DNA of 62,975 nt, the filler included, from Octopus bimaculoides (taxonomy: Eukaryota), in assembly GCF_001194135.2 (NCBI RefSeq). It is 6 parts of 6 records of this genome, joined end to end, with 100 filler letters (N's around TTAATTAATTAA, not from the genome) between each part and the next. Parts side by side here need not be neighbours in the genome. Positions count along the whole stretch, not along the records: positions 29,574 to 41,584 come from NC_068999.1; positions 41,685 to 53,266 come from NC_068997.1; 4 more parts are not named here. One strand, given 5' to 3'. This document shows, one piece after another, positions 37,332-50,775 of this stretch. The position numbers were made by a program, and so were the translations under genes. Under the pieces are notes generated by a model that was given only the letters and a program-made list of their open reading frames with translations, did no database searches and was not told where the DNA came from. The stretch's first letter is position 1. Each line of letters begins with the position of its first letter.

Positions 37332-39742
37332 TATTTGCATATTTGTGATTTGTATATATATATGTTTCATATATAGTACGTGTATCAGTGCATTCGGTGA
37401 GTGAATGCGAGCGAGTATAAACGTAATTGATTGAAATAATAAAAGCAGCATTTACAGCATTCTTTCTCTTTCATGTGAATTGTATTCTACACCAATATCA
37501 AAAAATGTGCAGTTTATTGAATACTTGCAAAATATATGTAGAATTCATGTTGCACTATCCTTTTCATGGTTGTCAGATATATTGGTATTTCTAATTATTT
37601 TTTATTTGTTCGCATTCCATTTTCTATATAACTTTACATCTAAATCCACATACATACACAGTCAAATACACCCCCACACACAAGTATACACATAAACAGA
37701 TTTATAGACACACATACATAGATACATACACACACACATATATACTGACATGTGGATATGCGCACATACATGTTCGCGTTAGTGTGTCTCTTATTGACCG
37801 AGTATGAATTTAAAAAAAAATATGCACCATATATTTTATAGAAACATTCAAACAGGAATTGGATTCAAGTAGACACTTCATGCAAGCGTTGTAACTTGCG
37901 TTCAATATATAAATATAAAAAATATAAGCACTTGTGTGTGCGTGTGTGTGTGTGTGTGTATGTGTGTAATGTATGATATATATATATATATATATATATA
38001 NNNNNNNNNNNNNNNNNNNNNNNNNNNNNNNNNNNNNNNNNNNNNNNNNNNNNNNNNNNNNNNNNNNNNNNNNNNNNNNNNNNNNNNNNNNNNNNNNNNN
38101 NNNNNNNNNNNNNNNNNNNNNNNNNNNNNNNNNNNNNNNNNNNNNNNNNNNNNNNNNNNNNNNNNNNNNNNNNNNNNNNNNNNNNNNNNNNNNNNNNNNN
38201 NNNNNNNNNNNNNNNNNNNNNNNNNNNNNNNNNNNNNNNNNNNNNNNNNNNNNNNNNNNNNNNNNNNNNNNNNNNNNNNNNNNNNNNNNNNNNNNNNNNN
38301 NNNNNNNNNNNNNNNNNNNNNNNNNNNNNNNNNNNNNNNNNNNNNNNNNNNNNNNNNNNNNNNNNNNNNNNNNNNNNNNNNNNNNNNNNNNNNNNNNNNN
38401 NNNNNNNNNNNNNNNNNNNNNNNNNNNNNNNNNNNNNNNNNNNNNNNNNNNNNNNNNNNNNNNNNNNNNNNNNNNNNNNNNNNNNNNNNNNNNNNNNNNN
38501 NNNNNNAAAAAAAAAAAAAAATAATAAATAAAAAAATGCGCTCAGAGGAATCACAATATATACAGGGATATTGACAAACACATATACCTATCCGGACATA
38601 CTCATTACATAGACATGTAAATAATATTTAAATATCTACACTATGTTTAAATATATAGATGGACTTACTGTGACTATTCATTGTAAACGTACATATTTAG
38701 CCAACGGTGTTGTTTTACTGGACCCAAATGTTATTTCTTTTAATTGTTTCATGAATCTGAATATCTATCTCTGTTGCTAGATTAAATATTTTATTTTTTT
38801 AATAATTTTTCGCAGTTTAATACACACACACACACACACACATATTGCAATAAACAGAGTAGAGTAACGTTTAGATATTTCCTATACATATAGTTGTATT
38901 TAATTCAATTGATTTACCACACAATTGAGATTATGTAGTGGATTGTTTATGAATATTTAGAGATAGAAAAATAATATGCAATGTACCGTATTTGTTTCTC
39001 TAGATACATAATGTATATATATCTTGGCACGTTCATCTTATATATTGCAGATTTATATTTGACGCGAAATGATGCTGCTATTGCTAAAACATATTACAAC
39101 TTTCTCTTTCCTGTAGAAAAAAAGTATTGTAGATTATATATACTTCTAACATACAAAAGTCAGTATAGGCAGGTTTACGGGAGACGCTTATTATCTGTCT
39201 GAGGCTGCGTAATCAAACGTTTCTCATTCTTGCACAAATTAAGGCGTACTGATTCAGCTGTGTCGAAGACATATATNNNNNNNNNNTATAAGGATGATAA
39301 AGTTACATTCATCCCCTAGTAATCTTTTGTTCGAACCTTGTGCAGTATTTCACAACAGTGTGATCTGTTGAATAATTCAACATTGCAAATATTTAGACAG
39401 CCGATATGTATATTTGTCAGGTACGCTCACGTTTACCCGAATATGATATTCTAGAAAAAACTAAACAATACCAACAGCAATTTTATTAATACGCTATGTG
39501 ATCTCTCTTTGAAATTAGTAAGCTGCATTGAAATTAGACTGTTCCAACCAGAATCACTTCGTTTCCTTAGGAGCCTAAATATTTGCTCCTATCTTAAAGT
39601 ATTTTTTGCGAAATCACGACTAATTTTTCTTGTCATAAATTAAATATTGTCAAAATGCACACGATTTGGACAGGCCGAGTCGAAGTTTCATATACAATAA
39701 TTGCGTCAGCAAATTTACAGCAAACCTATATGCCTTTAATGT

Positions 39743-40116
39743 GGAGGCGCAATGGCCCAGTGGTTAGGGCAGTGGACTCGCGGTCATAGGATCGCGGTTT
39801 TGATTCCTACACCGGGTGTTATGAGTGTTTATTGAGCAAAAACACCTAAAGCTCCACGAAGTTCCGGCAGGGATGGTGGCGAAACCTTCTGTACTCTTTC
39901 ACCACAACTTTCTCTCACTTTACTTCCTGCTTCTGTTGTGCCTGTAATTCAAAGGGTCAGCCTTGTCACACTGTTTCACGCTGAATATCCCCGAGAACTA
40001 CGTTAAGAGTACACGTGTCTGTGAAGTGCTCAGCCACTTGAACGTTAATTTCACGCGCAGGCTGTTCCGTTGATCGGATCAACTGGAACCCTCGACGTCG
40101 TAAGCGACGGAGTGCC
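39743..40116 (+). mobile_element. Full-length tRNA-derived SINE (family D)
   Basis: Head GGAGGCGCAATGGCCCAGTGGTTAGGGC...TTGATTCC. The tail is shared with 11526-11813. Confidence 0.85.
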
Positions 40117-41584
40117 TACATATACCTTTAAGATCTGTATAGTAGTTATTTTGATTAGATAAGCTTTGACGATGATAATTCTACTTTTACGTAAATTTTG
40201 GAAAACTTACGTGCACCTATCCCTTTTCTTGTATGCTATAAATTAGCTCGCATATAGCTTAACACTATGTCGACAAGAGAGAGGAGTGCGATTAAGAAAA
40301 ATATTAAGTGAGGTCGCGATCTCATTTTATGGAGTTTTTGCCTTCAAGTCTACTAAAATACGTGGATAACATAGAAATTGTTCATCCCTCATTAAGAGCA
40401 AACATGAAGCTAGTAATCTATATGTTGTGCATGCGCTTTTATATGTTCTTCAAGAAGGAAGATTGTGTTACGTGTTGTTTTCATTGCAGATGTATGCAAA
40501 ATAAACACACACACACACACACACACATACATACACACACACACACACACATACATACACACACACATATATGTATGTGTGTGTGTCTATAAGTTTCTTT
40601 GTATGTGTGTGTGTATGTGTGTGTGAGTGTGTGAGTGTGTACGTATGCGTGTGTTTGTTATGTTATAATTTAAGCAGTTCTAGTAATCCACCATTGTCGA
40701 CCGTCCGAGTTGAGCTATCTGTACTGGTATGGAGCATTCCGTGTTTTTAACACGCAGCCTCGTTAGCCATATTTCGCAGGACGCTATGCTGCCGTAGGGC
40801 GTATAAACAAAGCATATATATCATGAATGTGCATCTATATAAGTGGGCGTCATTTGGTACTTAATGTTCTCGTTAATGTTTCAAACATCCGTAAAGTAAT
40901 TTTAATAAAAGTTTTGCATACAAAAATAAACGAAAGAATTGTTCACGATAAATACATTATAAAAGTTGGATATGTAGACCTAAAGTTAGGTTTAGGATGT
41001 ATATTATTATATTTGTTAGATAGTTTGTAATATTGTCGTATATACATACATGCTGGAAAATAATGCCGACTTCAATACGCTAAATATTTTATTAGAAGAT
41101 AGTGAATGTATATATGCGTATGTATTTGTTATTACCAAATAGGAAAAATATTGGCTGTTTCTACTAAAATCTGAAAGCATTTGCTTTATGTGTCTCAGGT
41201 AGAACGTACGACATTAAAAGTCACATTAACTTTTTCTAAATAATTTTAATTATTTCAAAAGTACAAAAAGTATGCCACTTAATGTTTTATGGAGGATAAG
41301 TTCAAAACTTGGTGTTTATACACTTGGCATGATGTAGTTAATCAGTATTCGGTATAAACTCCGAATTATTTCTTACGACATATTGGAAGAGACACACGAA
41401 TATACTGATACGCAAGTATCAGGTTATAGACGTGCAGTTAAACTAATTTCGATTTAACATTGCAGTATTAGAAACGGAAAATTTCACGCTTTATTAAACT
41501 CACTACATAATTAGTATACTTTTGACACGTGCATGTGCATTAGTTAATATGTGCGTATGTGTCTATATATATATATATATATAT

Positions 41585-41684
41585 NNNNNNNNNNNNNNNN
41601 NNNNNNNNNNNNNNNNNNNNNNNNNNNNTTAATTAATTAANNNNNNNNNNNNNNNNNNNNNNNNNNNNNNNNNNNNNNNNNNNN
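41585..41684. other. Artificial scaffold linker
   Basis: 44N-TTAATTAATTAA-44N. Confidence 0.9.
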
Positions 41685-42369
41685 CCACCACCACCACCAC
41701 CATCAATATCTTCAACTCTACCAATACCACCACGACCACTATCACCACTATCATCACAACCCCCAGCAACTTTGCTAGTCCCCCTAGTACTATCGCACCA
41801 CTACCAACACCACAACTACTGCAAGCACCATCACCACTCTCTGTACCACCACCAATGCCAGAAACGCAACCACTACCAGTGCTACAACTACTACCACGTC
41901 TACAACCAATACCACCTCTACCACTACTACCAGCACCACCACAAGGATCAGTACCACCACAAACACCAGCACCACCACCACCACCACCACAAAAGCAGCA
42001 CCACGCCCACAAACACCAACAGCACCACCACCACAAGCAGCAGCACCACCCCTACAAACAGCACCGCTACCACCACAAACAGCACCACCAACAGCACCAC
42101 CAACACCACTATCACTACCACTCACACTATCACCACCATCATCACCACTGCCACCACTACCATCCACACCCCGACCACTGCCATCATCCTCATTCATCAT
42201 CATCACTAACACTACCGCCGTCACCATCATCATTATTAATCCCCACCTTCACCTTCTGTCAACCATACCTTCACCGTCACCATTGTCACCAAAGACGGCA
42301 TCATCACTATTATCATTGTCAACACCACCACCACCACAACCATCGAATCATTGTGGTTAAAGCAACCGT

Positions 42370-42410
<41 letters not shown>
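41685..42410. repeat. Degenerate CAC/TAC/CAT trinucleotide low-complexity tract
   Basis: Read directly. Several frames are open on both strands because the repeat lacks stop codons. Confidence 0.85.
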
Positions 42411-42412
<2 letters not shown>

Positions 42413-42499
42413 AGGGCTCTTAATGACATTCTTGATGAAAAGAGTTTGATATGATGTAAAGTAAATACACGCGCGAGGGGCACTGACTTGAAAGGTTTT

Positions 42500-42790
42500 C
42501 GTTGAACAGATCGATCTCCAATACTTAATTTTTATAGTCTGGCACTTATTCTATCGGTCACTTGTACCGAACCGCTAATTTACGGAGACGTACAGAACAC
42601 CCGTTGTCAAGAGGGGTTGGTAGGGACAAACACAGACATAACATGCGCGCGCACACACACATACACACATATGTATATGTATGATGGGCATCCAAACAGC
42701 CACCGTCCACCAAATTCACTCATAAGGCATTAGTCGGCCCGGGACAACAGTTGAAGACACTTGAAGTTACCACAAAGTGGTACTGAACTC
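42500..42790 (-). mobile_element. SINE family A, decayed
   Basis: CCACCGTCCACCAAATTCACTCATAAGGC..GTCGGCCCGGGAC...TAACCACACAGC. Confidence 0.65.
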
Positions 42791-42879
42791 AAGATTACTA
42801 ACCACACAGCAATGCCTACGTTTATATGGCATTTTATTTAGTCAGGAGGAAGAGTAAGTTGTGTCCATAGCTTTGGCAG

Positions 42880-43230
42880 GCCTCTGAGACTGGTGAGACC
42901 ATTAATGTTCCGTTTAGGATGTTGCGACTTGACATCTTCATGGAAGTCATTTGCTTTGCAAGGGGGTGGAGGATTTCCAGAGAGACGACATTCAGGACAA
43001 GAAGGTCTGTGGTTTATGGTTTACACTAAGTCTGAGAAGATGGGTACAATGTGGCCGATGAGAAGAGGGTGAGATACCAGTGAGTTGAGAGAACTTCAGT
43101 AGACAAGAAAAGGATCAACCAAATTTGAGGAGCAGTTAGATCAGCTTTGAACAAGCTGTCCCGTGACAGGCAGATAGTTTAGCGTCAGATTAGCTTCGAT
43201 CGAACAGGCCAATGATCAACGATATTCCTT
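42880..43230 (-). mobile_element. Possible LINE reverse transcriptase fragment (very decayed)
   Basis: Minus-strand IVPIFSDLV*TINHRP resembles the VVPIFK..NYRP motif. Support is otherwise weak. Confidence 0.35.
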
Positions 43231-43460
43231 CCTGACCTTAACATTTTTTTTTTCATTCAGACACTGCTTACCTAGGACTACAGAACACAATGTTTACTCT
43301 TTGAAAAAGGAAGAAAATTAAAGAAAACAAAACAACACAGAAATGTGTGATTAAATGAAGATGTAACTGCTATTTCTAGCATATAAAACGTGTGACTTTG
43401 CCAGTCAAACTTCCATCCTTTGACCGTTGACCAAGCAATGACCAACTCTCCAGCGTTCTT

Positions 43461-43835
43461 TTCAGGATGACTGTGTCTTGTATTTTCATCCATTTTTTAG
43501 ATGCTAGGGTAAAATTAGAAAGAGACTTGGCTGCGAATTTTAGCATGTTGACCAAAGGGGTAGAGGTTGACGGCTCCAGATGTATGCAGTGTGTATAAAT
43601 GTCTGCTGTAGTGGCATGGGGTACTTCATTCAATGTTCTTTTCTGATTTATTACATTCAAGATGGCTGCATCTAATATTTTCATCCATTTTTTGTTTTTT
43701 TAAAACGGTAGGGTATAATATGAAAGAGTCTTGGCTGCTAATTTTAGGATGTCGACCAAAGGTTTCTTTGATGGCTCCAGAAGTATGGAGTGGCTGTAAA
43801 ACTCTGCTGTAGTGGCATGGAGTGCTTCCACTGAG
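43461..43835. repeat. 195-bp diverged tandem duplication
   Basis: TATTTTCATCCATTTTT at 43481 and 43676, and CTGCTGTAGTGGCATGG in both units. Confidence 0.85.
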
Positions 43836-43999
43836 TTCAAACTTTAAATATATATTTAGACATCATAGAATGTTTGATATTGTTGTGGTAGAGGTTGTTG
43901 TTGTTGTTGTTTAAGGTTTCCGAAAGTCAAACGGTTCACGGGGCGTTATCGCTTTTGTTGTTGTTCATTACATATTAATTTGTCTGTCACACTGACTTC

Positions 44000-44039
<40 letters not shown>

Positions 44040-44040
44040 A

Positions 44041-44071
<31 letters not shown>

Positions 44072-44417
44072 TTGTCTATTTGTCTATCTACTTGTCTGTG
44101 TCTAACTGCTAATCAAACTTTCTTCCAAGCTCTCTATTTATATGTGTGTGTGTGCAAGTGTGCGTACATCTGTCTGTATATCTGCATGCATGTATGTATG
44201 CATGAGTATGTATATGAGTGTGTGTATATACTTACACAAACACACACATACACATACATATATACATATTTATATATATGCTTGCGTACGTATGTATGTG
44301 TGTATGTATTTATAAAGATATATATACACATCTCTTTGTATATCTATCAGTATATGTGTGATTGCTTATCTGCCTCTCTCTCTCTACCTATCTATCTCTC
44401 TGTCTATCTATCAATCG

Positions 44418-44462
<45 letters not shown>

Positions 44463-44557
44463 CTTCTATATTTCCCTCTCTCTCTCTCTGTCTTGCAATA
44501 TATACCTCTCTCTCTCTCTCTCTTGCAATATATACTTCTCTCTCTCTCACTCTCTTA

Positions 44558-44639
<82 letters not shown>

Positions 44640-45982
44640 AGACACGACTACCAGCGCGTGTATCTGCCTATATTTCTATCTCTGTACCTTAAAAGCTGTC
44701 TCGCTTACAACAGACAAAATGTATCTATGTATGTCTTTCTTTGCTCCTCTGCTTATTTGTGTGCGTGCACGCGCGTGTGGGTGTGTATACGTCTGCGAGT
44801 GTGCATGTGACCGTTCTTTCGTGAGAATTTGCAAGTGTATCTTTGGAACCCCGACCCGACCCGTCATACGTGGGATGTGGCAGTTTGATGTCTAGTGTAG
44901 TGAAGGGGGACGGAGCAAATGAAGTGGAACGGCAGACAAAAGGACGGTCGGAGGGAGGAGGTAGAGAAAAGCTAACAGCAGAGGAACGATCAAATCCAAC
45001 TGGAACAGAACGAAATGTCTTAAAGCAAACATCTAACACACATTGACAACCCCAACACACACACACACGTACACACACACGTACATGGAAACACAAACAA
45101 CATACACATACGCACATACATGCATTTAAGTATAAATACGTACATATATTTGTGTATGCGTATGTCTATGTATGCATGTATATATATTCATATATATATA
45201 TATACAAATATATCTATATGTATATACATATATGTATATACATATATGTATATACATATATATATATATATNNNNNNNNNNNNNNNNNNNNNNNNNNNNN
45301 NNNNNNNNNNNNNNNNNNNNNNNNNNNNNNNNNNNNNNNNNNNNNNNNNNNNNNNNNNNNNNNNNNNNNNNNNNNNNNNNNNNNNNNNNNNNNNNNNNNN
45401 NNNNNNNNNNNNNNNNNNNNNNNNNNNNNNNNNNNNNNNNNNNNNNNNNNNNNNNNNNNNNNNNNNNNNNNNNNNNNNNNNNNNNNNNNNNNNNNNNNNN
45501 NNNNNNNNNNNNNNNNNNNNNNNNNNNNNNNNNNNNNNNNNNNNNNNNNNNNNNNNNNNNNNNNNNNNNNNNNNNNNNNNNNNNNNNNNNNNNNNNNNNN
45601 NNNNNNNNNNNNNNNNNNNNNNNNNNNNNNNNNNNNNNNNNNNNNNNNNNNNNNNNNNNNNNNNNNNNNNNNNNNNNNNNNNNNNNNNNNNNNNNNNNNN
45701 NNNNNNNNNNNNNNNNNNNNNNNNNNNNNNNNNNNNNNNNNNNNNNNNNNNNNNNNNNNNNNNNNNNNNNNNNNNNNNNNNNNNNNNNNNNNNNNNNNNN
45801 NNNNNNNNNNNNNNNNNNNNNNNNNNNNNNNNNNNNNNNNNNNNNNNNNNNNNNNNNNNNNNNNNNNNNNNNNNNNNNNNNNNNNNNNNNNNNNNNNNNN
45901 NNNNNNNNNNNNNNNNNNNNNNNNNNNNNNNNNNNNNNNNNNNNNNNNNNNNNNNNNNNNNNNNNNNNNNNNNNNNNNNNNN

Positions 45983-46050
<68 letters not shown>

Positions 46051-46085
46051 CATACACACACATAAACACGCAGGTATACACACAA

Positions 46086-46118
<33 letters not shown>

Positions 46119-46340
46119 AAATCATATTCTACCATAAACACTATCACCACCACACTCAGTAGGACCATCATAAACATGACCACCACCAGCAGACCATCAA
46201 CACTACTACTACTACTACTACTACAATGACTACCACTATCACTAGCATCACCACCAGCAGCACTCCATAGGGAAGAGACTGTCCCACCAAAATAAGAAGC
46301 TAACCACAAAAGGAAAGAGGGATTGGATAAAGGGTAAAGT

Positions 46341-46394
<54 letters not shown>

Positions 46395-47330
46395 GAGATA
46401 GATAGAGACGTTGCATAAAGACAAGTGACAGAAAACATATGAGAATCTATCTATCTATCTATCCACACGCACACACACACACACACGCACACACACATNN
46501 NNNNNNNNNNNNNNNNNNNNNNNNNNNNNNNNNNNNNNNNNNNNNNNNNNNNNNNNNNNNNNNNNNNNNNNNNNNNNNNNNNNNNNNNNNNNNNNNNNNN
46601 NNNNNNNNNNNNNNNNNNNNNNNNNNNNNNNNNNNNNNNNNNNNNNNNNNNNNNNNNNNNNNNNNNNNNNNNNNNNNNNNNNNNNNNNNNNNNNNNNNNN
46701 NNNNNNNNNNNNNNNNNNNNNNNNNNNNNNNNNNNNNNNNNNNNNNNNNNNNNNNNNNNNNNNNNNNNNNNNNNNNNNNNNNNNNNNNNNNNNNNNNNNN
46801 NNNNNNNNNNNNNNNNNNNNNNNNNNNNNNNNNNNNNNNNNNNNNNNNNNNNNNNNNNNNNNNNNNNNNNNNNNNNNNNNNNNNNNNNNNNNNNNNNNNN
46901 NNNNNNNNNNNNNNNNNNNNNNNNNNNNNNNNNNNNNNNNNNNNNNNNNNNNNNNNNNNNNNNNNNNNNNNNNNNNNNNNNNNNNNNNNNNNNNNNNNNN
47001 NNNNNNNNNNNNNNNNNNNNNNNNNNNNNNNNNNNNNNNNNNNNNNNNNNNNNNNNNNNNNNNNNNNNNNNNNNNNNNNNNNNNNNNNNNNNNNNNNNNN
47101 NNNNNNNNNNNNNNNNNNNNNNNNNNNNNNNNNNNNNNNNNNNNNNNNNNNNNNNNNNNNNNNNNNNNNNNNNNNNNNNNNNNNNNNNNNNNNNNNNNNN
47201 NNNNNNNNNNNNNNNNNNNNNNNNNNNNNNNNNNNNNNNNNNNNNNNNNNNNNNNNNNNNNNNNNNNNNNNNNNNNNNNNNNNNNNNNNNNNNNNNNNNN
47301 NNNNNNNNNNNNNNNNNNNNNNNNNNNNNN

Positions 47331-48020
47331 GGTGGTCTTGTTTACTGTTGCTGTTTCTGTTTATTTATTTATATTTTAAACTTTTCTCTTTTTTGCTGTT
47401 TTTGTTTCGGTCACTTTTCATCCTCGGCCTCATCCTTCGCCTCCACGTTCTCCTCCTTCACCTCCACTTCCTCTTCCTTCCTTTCCTCTTCCTCCTCCTC
47501 CTCCTCCCCCTCCTTCTTCCTTTTCTTTTTCTTGCTCTTCTTTTTCTTGCTCTCCTTCTTCCTCTTCTCCTCCGCCTCCCGCACGATGATGACGATGATG
47601 ATCCTCCTCATCATCATAATCACTACGACCACCACCACCACCACCACCACATCGCCTCCACAAATTATCATCATCATCGTCATCATCATCATCATCATCG
47701 TCATCATCGTCATCGTCATCGTCATCACCATCATCATTCTCCATTTACTGCTCTTCGTTTGTGCCTGATACTTTTGTACGTGGCATTCTTGTTGACGATG
47801 GCGATGGTGATGATGATGGCAGTGGTAGTGGTGGTGGTAATGGTGATGAGGTTGATAATGATAATGAAGAGAAAGATGGCGGTAATGATGATGATGATGA
47901 TGATCATCATCATGGATGATATATGGTTTTTGCGTTGCTGATGAGGATGATGTTGCGACGATATTAGACAATGGTGTACAGCATTGAAAATTCGTGGTAG
48001 TGGTAGTGGCGGCGGCGGCG

Positions 48021-48078
<58 letters not shown>

Positions 48079-48709
48079 CAGCAGCAGCAGCAGTAGTAGT
48101 GGTACTCATAGTGGTGGTGGTGGTGGTGGTGGTAGTGGTGGTTTCGATAATGGTTGATCGTTGTTGATGTTTGTGCTGGTGGTGTTGACGACGGTTATGG
48201 AGATAATGTTGATAGTAATGGTAGTTTTAATGGTTGTGGAGACGCTNNNNNNNNNNGTAGTGGTGGTAGTGGTGGTGGTGATATTAACGGTGATACAAAT
48301 GTAAAAATGGCGGTAAGTTATTCAGTGAAAAGAAGACGCAGCCATTTTCACACTCCATCCTTTGCAATTGTCAAACGTTTATTCTTGATCTGCTAAGGAG
48401 AACCGATGCCTTTTTTTCTTTTTTTTTTTTGTTCATCTTTTCGACTTGAAAATTGCATCTTTTGTATCTTTTTGAGTAATATCTGTCTGTGTGTCTGTCA
48501 CAGTTTGTTTGTCAATCTGTTTGTTTGTTTCTTTATTTGTTTTTCTATCAATTCATTGTCTGATTCTTCCAAGTTTGTTTTACTGTTCAATGCCTTGCTA
48601 TTTCTTGCCTTGATCTTTGGGTATTATACAGTGTTCTTATTGTTCCCAATATAGGTGGTGATGGTGGTGGTGGTATTTTTTGTTGATATTGTTGCTAATG
48701 TCGGCGTTG

Positions 48710-48741
<32 letters not shown>

Positions 48742-49724
48742 TTAGTGATGATGTTATTGTTACTCGTTGATGCCGTGGCTTTGTGAGTGCCTTTTATTGG
48801 TATTGTTTTTGTTGTTGTTCTTGTTGTGTTCGCCAGTATTATCGTCGTTGTTGTTGTTGTTAGCGTTTCTTGTTTGTTGTCAGTTCTGGTTTGGATGTGG
48901 CTGTTGTTGTTTTTGTTGTTGTTGTTGTTTATATGATGGTGGTCTGGTGGTGTGACGGTGTGGTGATGGTAGTGTTGTGATGTTCATGTTGGTGTTGTTG
49001 TTGTTGTCTTCGTTTCTCGGTGTGCGTTTGTATAGAAATGTCTGTGGGTTTCTGTATAGTTGTTGTTGTTGCTGTTGTTGATTTTGGCGCGAAAAACTTT
49101 TCGACTGTAACGTCTTATGAATCCTTTTCTTTAGATTGGAATTTTTCATCAGTATCACAATCATCATCATCATCATCGTCGTCGTCGTCGTCGTCGTCGT
49201 CATCGTCACATCGTCGTGTTCATCTCATCGTCGCGATCACCATCATCATCATTGTCATCGTCATCATGATCACGATCATCATCATCATTAACATCGTGAT
49301 CATCGTCATCACCATCATCACCACCACCACCACCACCACCATGAGCATGAGTGTGTGTGTGTGGTGGGGGAAGGGGGTCGGAGCGTCTTTGGTATTATTC
49401 TTGCTCCGCTAAGAGGAACGAGCTTTTGGTCATTGGTTTTCTCCAGCTTGTTGGCTTGCCCAATAACACCAACATCAACAATAACAGCAACAAAAGCAAC
49501 GGCAACATCCACTGATTGATTGATTGATCAAACGACAGTGAAGACAGTCAAGGCACAACCATTGAAAACCAATGGACTGTGTAACTGTGCAGCAGCTCAC
49601 TGGCTTTTATTTGGAGTCACTGGCAGCAGCAACGGCGGCAGCAGCAGCGGCGGCAGCAGCAACGGCGGGAGCAGCAGCAGCATCATCAACATCATAACTG
49701 TATTCGTCGATGTCTTCGTCGTCA

Positions 49725-49767
<43 letters not shown>

Positions 49768-50078
49768 CCTTATCATCNNNNNNNNNNNNNNNNNNNNNNN
49801 NNNNNNNNNNNNNNNNNNNNNNNNNNNNNNNNNNNNNNNNNNNNNNNNNNNNNNNNNNNNNNNNNNNNNNNNNNNNNNNNNNNNNNNNNNNNNNNNNNNN
49901 NNNNNNNNNNNNNNNNNNNNNNNNNNNNNNNNNNNNNNNNNNNNNNNNNNNNNNNNNNNNNNNNNNNNCGTCATCATCGTCATCATCATCATCATCATCA
50001 TCGTCGTCATCATCATCATCATCGTCGTCATCATCATCATCATCATTATCATCATCATCGTCATCATCGTCATCATCG

Positions 50079-50127
<49 letters not shown>

Positions 50128-50570
50128 CCTCCTCCTCAACATCCTCCTCATCATCATCGTCATCATCAACTTGATCACCGTCATCATCTTCATCATCATT
50201 ATTACCCTCCTCCCCTTCTCCTCCTCCTCCTCCTCCTCCTCATCATCATCATCTTGATCACCATCATCATCATCGTCATCATCATTATCTTCTTCATCAA
50301 CTTGATCATGTCTTCATCCTCATCATCTTCATCGTCATTATCATCCTCTTTCTCCTCCTCCTGCTCCTCCTCATCATCATCATCTTGATCACCATCATCA
50401 TCATCCTCATCATCATTATTATCTTCCACTTCCACTTCCTCCTCCTACTCCTCATCATCATCATCCGCTTGATCACCATCATCATCATCTTCATTATCCT
50501 CATCATCATTATCCTCCTCTTCCTCCTCCTCCTCATCATCATCATAATCTTGATCACCATCGTCATCATC
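47331..50570. repeat. Extended mixed trinucleotide tracts (TCC, CAT, GAT, GTA, GTT, CGT)
   Basis: Read directly. The poly-S/I/M/T/D ORFs in the track derive from these tracts. Confidence 0.9.
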
Positions 50571-50589
50571 ATCAAACCAGGAATTGTAG

Positions 50590-50775
50590 GAAGATGGCTT
50601 AAGCCGATTACGTCGACCTCAGTACTTTACTGGTACTTTATTTTATCAACGCTGAAAGAATGAAAAGCAATGTTAAGCTTGGCGGGATTTCACCTCAGAA
50701 AACACAAAATACCAGAAGAAATGTGGCTACGCATTTCGTCCGGCGTGGTAACGATTCTACCAGCTCGCCCTCATG
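50590..50775 (-). mobile_element. SINE family C
   Basis: GTACTTTACTGGTACTTTATTTTATC...GTAACGATTCTACCAGCTCGCC. Confidence 0.75.

Noticed and set aside
41629-42454. His/Gln/Thr/Pro-rich ORFs of 135-199 aa
   Set aside because: Several frames are open on both strands simply because CAC-type repeats lack stops. There are no splice or start signals.
45120-50575. Long ORFs (up to 500 aa) in the ORF track
   Set aside because: Made of N gaps and di- or trinucleotide repeats.
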